DNA of 64,000 nucleotides from an uncultured Bacteroides sp. (GTDB lineage: Bacteria; Bacteroidota; Bacteroidia; Bacteroidales; Bacteroidaceae): assembly GCA_902492205.1 (NCBI GenBank), contig CABUKU010000001.1, forward strand, positions 295,218 through 359,217. Direction: 5' to 3'. Positions 60,468 through 64,000 of the stretch are shown here, one piece after another (within the stretch, counting starts at the first letter, position 1; each line of letters opens with the position of its first letter). The notes under the pieces are model-generated. The model saw only the letters and a list, made by a program, of their open reading frames with translations. It did no database searches and had not been told where the DNA came from. A program made the translations under genes and the position numbers.

Positions 60468-62231
60468 TCAAAAACTAAAACCGAATAATTTACCTTCATC
60501 CCCTGAATCATCAAGGGTTAGACATTTTTCCTCTTTAGTGAATGATTCTAATATTTCAGTAGGTAAATCATCCTCTATTGAAGTAAATATGTATTGAATA
60601 TCGTAAATTTTGCAATATACTTGCATGAGTTCTATAAATTTTTTCTTTTTGCGATTATCAAGTCCTTCCAATACACCATCATGATACACAAAACGGTAAA
60701 AAGAAAACTTACGATATGCTATTAAAACTGCTACATCGAAAGCAACACAAAGCATTTTACGATAAGTATTTCCCTTACTTTCAGCTGTGATTTTAGACGA
60801 TTCCGCTACATCTGTTTTGAACTCTACGTTACCATTATCATTTTGCGTAACATATAGGAGTGCCTCGGCGTTGAATACAGTGCGAAAAACATCGTTGAAT
60901 ATTTTTTTGATTTCTCCGTTAATTGGATTATCTTGATACTTGATATTATCATTTATTTCTTTTATTGCAGCCTCAAGCTTGTTGTCTATCTCAGATACAA
61001 TATCTTTTAAATTTGCAATTTTGTCGATGCTTTTAAGTTGCTCTTCTAGTCTTGAAATTTCACCTTCAAGCCTGGCTAAGTTAATTTGATAGGTTTTGAA
61101 TTTTTTGAAAGAATCTTTAGATTGTAAAACATCTAAAGTTTCATTCCTTTGTGTGTTTAACTCTTGCAATTTCTGACGTACACTTTGTAACTCTTCTGTA
61201 ATAGCCTTAATGCGCTCTTTTAAATACTTATTTCTTTCTTTTGTAATATCATTATTAAACTGTATTAATTCTGTATAGCCTTTAGTCAAAGACTGCGGAA
61301 AATAAACCTTAACATCAGAATATATATCTTTTAACTGTTCCAAATCAAATGAAACAGAATTAGATATAGATTTTTGAGCTTTATCTAACTCATACGAAAG
61401 ACTATATTCTAAAGAATTTAACTCAGCAATAGAATTCTCAATATTGTCAATGAGATTTTTATTTAAACTACGTTCTTGTTTGTAGAAATTAAAGCTATCT
61501 ATTTGTTCCTTAATTTCTTCTAGCTCTAAATGTTTTAATGCTATTCGCCCCTTAATTTTGTCAATCTCTCCTTCATCAACAGAGAACTCGTTTTTTATAC
61601 TATTTATAAATTGGGTTTGATTCTCTATCTGACTGTCAAAGTTATACTTTTTAGTTAATAATTCACCATTAAATCCAAGAAGATCAAACATGAAAGGTTT
61701 CCAATCAATATGTTTTCCATTTTGGAATTTTCCTAATTGGAAAACATCATTGTAATCACTTTGGCTTCGTAAAAAATATGTTATTGATTTTCTATAACTC
61801 CAATTAGTCAGAACATCAAAAGCAAGATACTCATTTAATGTTTTTATACTTGGTGATAACCCCATATCAGTGATGTCCCATTCTGAATCATCACTTAAAC
61901 GAGATTTTTGATTATTCTTTTTAAATGAGATTTTATTGGGTTCATCAATACTGCGACGAATGGTCAAATAATCACCTGAATTTAAAAGAATTTCTAGATA
62001 CAAAATAATTCCTTTAAATTTAGTCTCAAATCTCTTGAAAATATGTTTTTTATCTATTTGCTTTAGTAACATAAAATCTAAAGCACTAATTAGTGTTGAT
62101 TTCCCAAGATTGTGAGAATCCTTTGTAAGGTCATATTTTTTAGTGACTTTACCTATTACGATATTGATACCACTACTGAACTCAATATCTTTAAAAGTGC
62201 CTGTATTTGAGTATAATTGACTTAATTTCAT
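60468..62231 (-). CDS. lmuB: SMC-like ABC ATPase, DUF2326 family (Lamassu LmuB / ABC-3C ATPase)
   Basis: HNLGKST Walker A, long coiled coil, SKGNTY signature, FVYHDGVLEGLD Walker B/D-loop, LFGFSF end. Confidence 0.85.
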   Translation of the reverse strand: MKLSQLYSNTGTFKDIEFSSGINIVIGKVTKKYDLTKDSHNLGKSTLISALDFMLLKQIDKKHIFKRFETKFKGIILYLEILLNSGDYLTIRRSIDEPNKISFKKNNQKSRLSDDSEWDITDMGLSPSIKTLNEYLAFDVLTNWSYRKSITYFLRSQSDYNDVFQLGKFQNGKHIDWKPFMFDLLGFNGELLTKKYNFDSQIENQTQFINSIKNEFSVDEGEIDKIKGRIALKHLELEEIKEQIDSFNFYKQERSLNKNLIDNIENSIAELNSLEYSLSYELDKAQKSISNSVSFDLEQLKDIYSDVKVYFPQSLTKGYTELIQFNNDITKERNKYLKERIKAITEELQSVRQKLQELNTQRNETLDVLQSKDSFKKFKTYQINLARLEGEISRLEEQLKSIDKIANLKDIVSEIDNKLEAAIKEINDNIKYQDNPINGEIKKIFNDVFRTVFNAEALLYVTQNDNGNVEFKTDVAESSKITAESKGNTYRKMLCVAFDVAVLIAYRKFSFYRFVYHDGVLEGLDNRKKKKFIELMQVYCKIYDIQYIFTSIEDDLPTEILESFTKEEKCLTLDDSGDEGKLFGFSF

Positions 62232-62464
62232 CGTAATAACTCTATAGTATCTAAATCCTTATTATATTGTATTTTTCCTAATAAATATAGGAAACTAAGA
62301 GTTGGTGAAAATACTTCTTTAGCATTTTCGCCTTGTGCAAATATCAATCTATCAAGAAGATCATCATATTTCATAATCTCTGAGACTTGAAGAATCTTCA
62401 ATATGATGCCTCCCAAATTAACCACAGAGAGGTTCAAATCTAAATATTTATTAGGGACTATCAT
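62228..62464 (-). CDS. ABC-3C middle component (Lamassu LmuC-like), 78 aa
   Basis: MIVPNKYL...LSFLYLLGKI; ATGA overlaps with both neighbours. Confidence 0.78.
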   Translation of the reverse strand: MIVPNKYLDLNLSVVNLGGIILKILQVSEIMKYDDLLDRLIFAQGENAKEVFSPTLSFLYLLGKIQYNKDLDTIELLR

Positions 62465-63408
62465 TTTGTTTTACCTATATCACAATTAAAATACATGAAG
62501 TGAACAAATATCCGGAATAAGTTTCTTCTATCTTTTATTTCTTCTTTGTCTAAATCAACAATGGTATTTACAATATGTTCGATAACTTCCATGAATGAAG
62601 GAAATTCATCTCTATGCTGTATTATATATGCTTGTAAATCAGCGACAGTATTTTGATATTTTAAGGTGTATCGTTTGTTTTTGGGGTCTTTAAGAAACTT
62701 CTCAATCTCACCAAAGTAAGGTAATGATTGTTTCTTTATAAAATCAAAATATTCATTACTTAGATTGTTCAATAGATTTTTTTCCTCTTTATCGATATTT
62801 AATAAAGTATTATTCTCATTGTTTGGTACAAAGTTTAAATAATCGTTCACATCACTAAAAAGTAAAATAACCTCTTGAATATCTTTTTCGTAAAATCGCT
62901 CAGGTGCATTGAATTTATGGAGACCAAATTGCAAAACGATTTTAGGATAGGATGATAAATATGAATCAAGTTGCTCTTTGCCCATAATATCCGCATTTTT
63001 TATACTTAGTTCTTGAATTAACTTTTCGATAATTTTTGGATGCTCGCCACCAGTTAATTTTCTGTTAGTAAAAAGTAAATAGTTATCGAAAGGATGTTCT
63101 TTTTGTACTTCTAATAAACGATCTATTTCTTTCGCTACTATGCTTGTTTGATTTTTATAGAAATTATTATCAGAGCAACTAGCCTCAGAAGAAGTAGTAT
63201 GTTTTGCCTGTATTACGAATATTCCTTCCCATTGTGATGCACTTGATGGGAAACATGTCGCTTTTCCTTCAAACCAGCTGTCTTTTCCTTCATCTTTTCC
63301 TTGGGAAAATGTTTTGCAACCTATACCTAATATATTATGGCAAATGGCAATAATAAGATTCTCAAAATCTATTTCATTTAAGTTCTCATATTGATATTTT
63401 GTGTGCAT
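62461..63408 (-). CDS. Lamassu/ABC-3C effector (LmuA-like): Mrr-like PD-(D/E)xK nuclease plus C-terminal domain
   Basis: FENLI...GKDEGKD...IQAKHT nuclease motif; C-terminal FVHFMYFNCDIG. Confidence 0.78.
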   Translation of the reverse strand: MHTKYQYENLNEIDFENLIIAICHNILGIGCKTFSQGKDEGKDSWFEGKATCFPSSASQWEGIFVIQAKHTTSSEASCSDNNFYKNQTSIVAKEIDRLLEVQKEHPFDNYLLFTNRKLTGGEHPKIIEKLIQELSIKNADIMGKEQLDSYLSSYPKIVLQFGLHKFNAPERFYEKDIQEVILLFSDVNDYLNFVPNNENNTLLNIDKEEKNLLNNLSNEYFDFIKKQSLPYFGEIEKFLKDPKNKRYTLKYQNTVADLQAYIIQHRDEFPSFMEVIEHIVNTIVDLDKEEIKDRRNLFRIFVHFMYFNCDIGKTK

Positions 63409-64000
63409 ACTTCTCTATTTTTCTGCAAAGTAACATTTTATTTTCAAATTGGCTTTGATTTTTAATAGAATATTTCAGAAATAAATGAATCCCTAGTTAT
63501 ATATTTTGTTTTATTGTATCGATAGAGTTTAGTTTCTCTTTAATTTCATGACACTTAAGAGCTATTTTCTATCCTTCTTTCTTACTTTGTAGTCAATATA
63601 GTGTGTCTTATAGTGAATATATTTACACCCATTATAATAAATATACGATATAGTATTGTTCCTGTATCTTAATAGATTTTCAAACGTCGTTTGAATATTG
63701 GTTCAATACCCTTAAAATTGAGTTTTTTGAGTATAACTACTAAAATATTTAACTTTTATTACGTATTCTGTTTTTGGTGAAAATTCTTTGTTTTTTCAGA
63801 TATATTTTATTTTTCCTCTTTTGTTTACCCAAATATAAATGGCTTATTTATAGTGTATTATATGCTTACATTGTCTTGTTTTATCTTTTTTAAGCCATTT
63901 GAAAGAATGTCTAAACTGCTCGAAATCAACATTCAAACAGCTTCAAAACGTTTATATTTTCCCAAAAACAAGGATATATAGACCATCGCAGGCAATTCAG

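Larger units (their letters stand above)
60267..64000. mobile_element. Left end of a tRNA-integrated genomic island, continuing beyond the window
   Basis: Truncated tRNA 3' copy, visibly AT-rich DNA, defence genes, arm-site-like 11-bp tandem at 60437-60458; no integrase in the window. Confidence 0.7.

Noticed and set aside
60265..60597. 110-aa plus-strand ORF (MWTSLGLNQGPPDYES...)
   Set aside because: Antisense reading of the tRNA fragment, overlapping the lmuB 3' end; a typical spurious ORF.
63409..64000. Possible gene upstream of the Lamassu effector
   Set aside because: AT-rich, no ORF of 60 aa or more in the track and no recognisable product on manual reading.

Overview
A 64 kb stretch of a Bacteroides-type (Bacteroidales) chromosome, judged from the SusC/SusD pair, TAnnTTTG promoters and typical gene order. 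Most of it is housekeeping: sufE, ptb-buk, FKBPs, cobB, rubredoxin, rpoN, gcvH-purE-ispG, dprA, sdh/frdCAB, coaD, parE and mscS. Accessory or unusual parts: (1) an alpha/beta-hydrolase-murF-ddl operon divergent from a VanX-like D,D-dipeptidase; (2) a divergent HU-like/VapE-like gene pair bracketed by 93-bp ungapped inverted repeats, with a 4 x 22-bp palindromic array between the genes; (3) a gene-less locus at 44.9-45.4 kb with the same inverted repeat / 4 x 22-bp array / inverted repeat layout and a shared 20-bp core, plus a third 4 x 22-bp array at 58.5 kb; (4) a CxxC + RAPP leader ORF (DUF2946/CruR-like) before a TonB-dependent receptor; (5) a promoter- and terminator-bounded sRNA candidate at 41.1 kb; (6) the edge of a tRNA(CAT)-integrated island carrying a three-gene Lamassu/ABC-3C defence system. 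Items 2-3 are the best candidate for an undescribed system. All gene calls come from motif recognition, not database searches.
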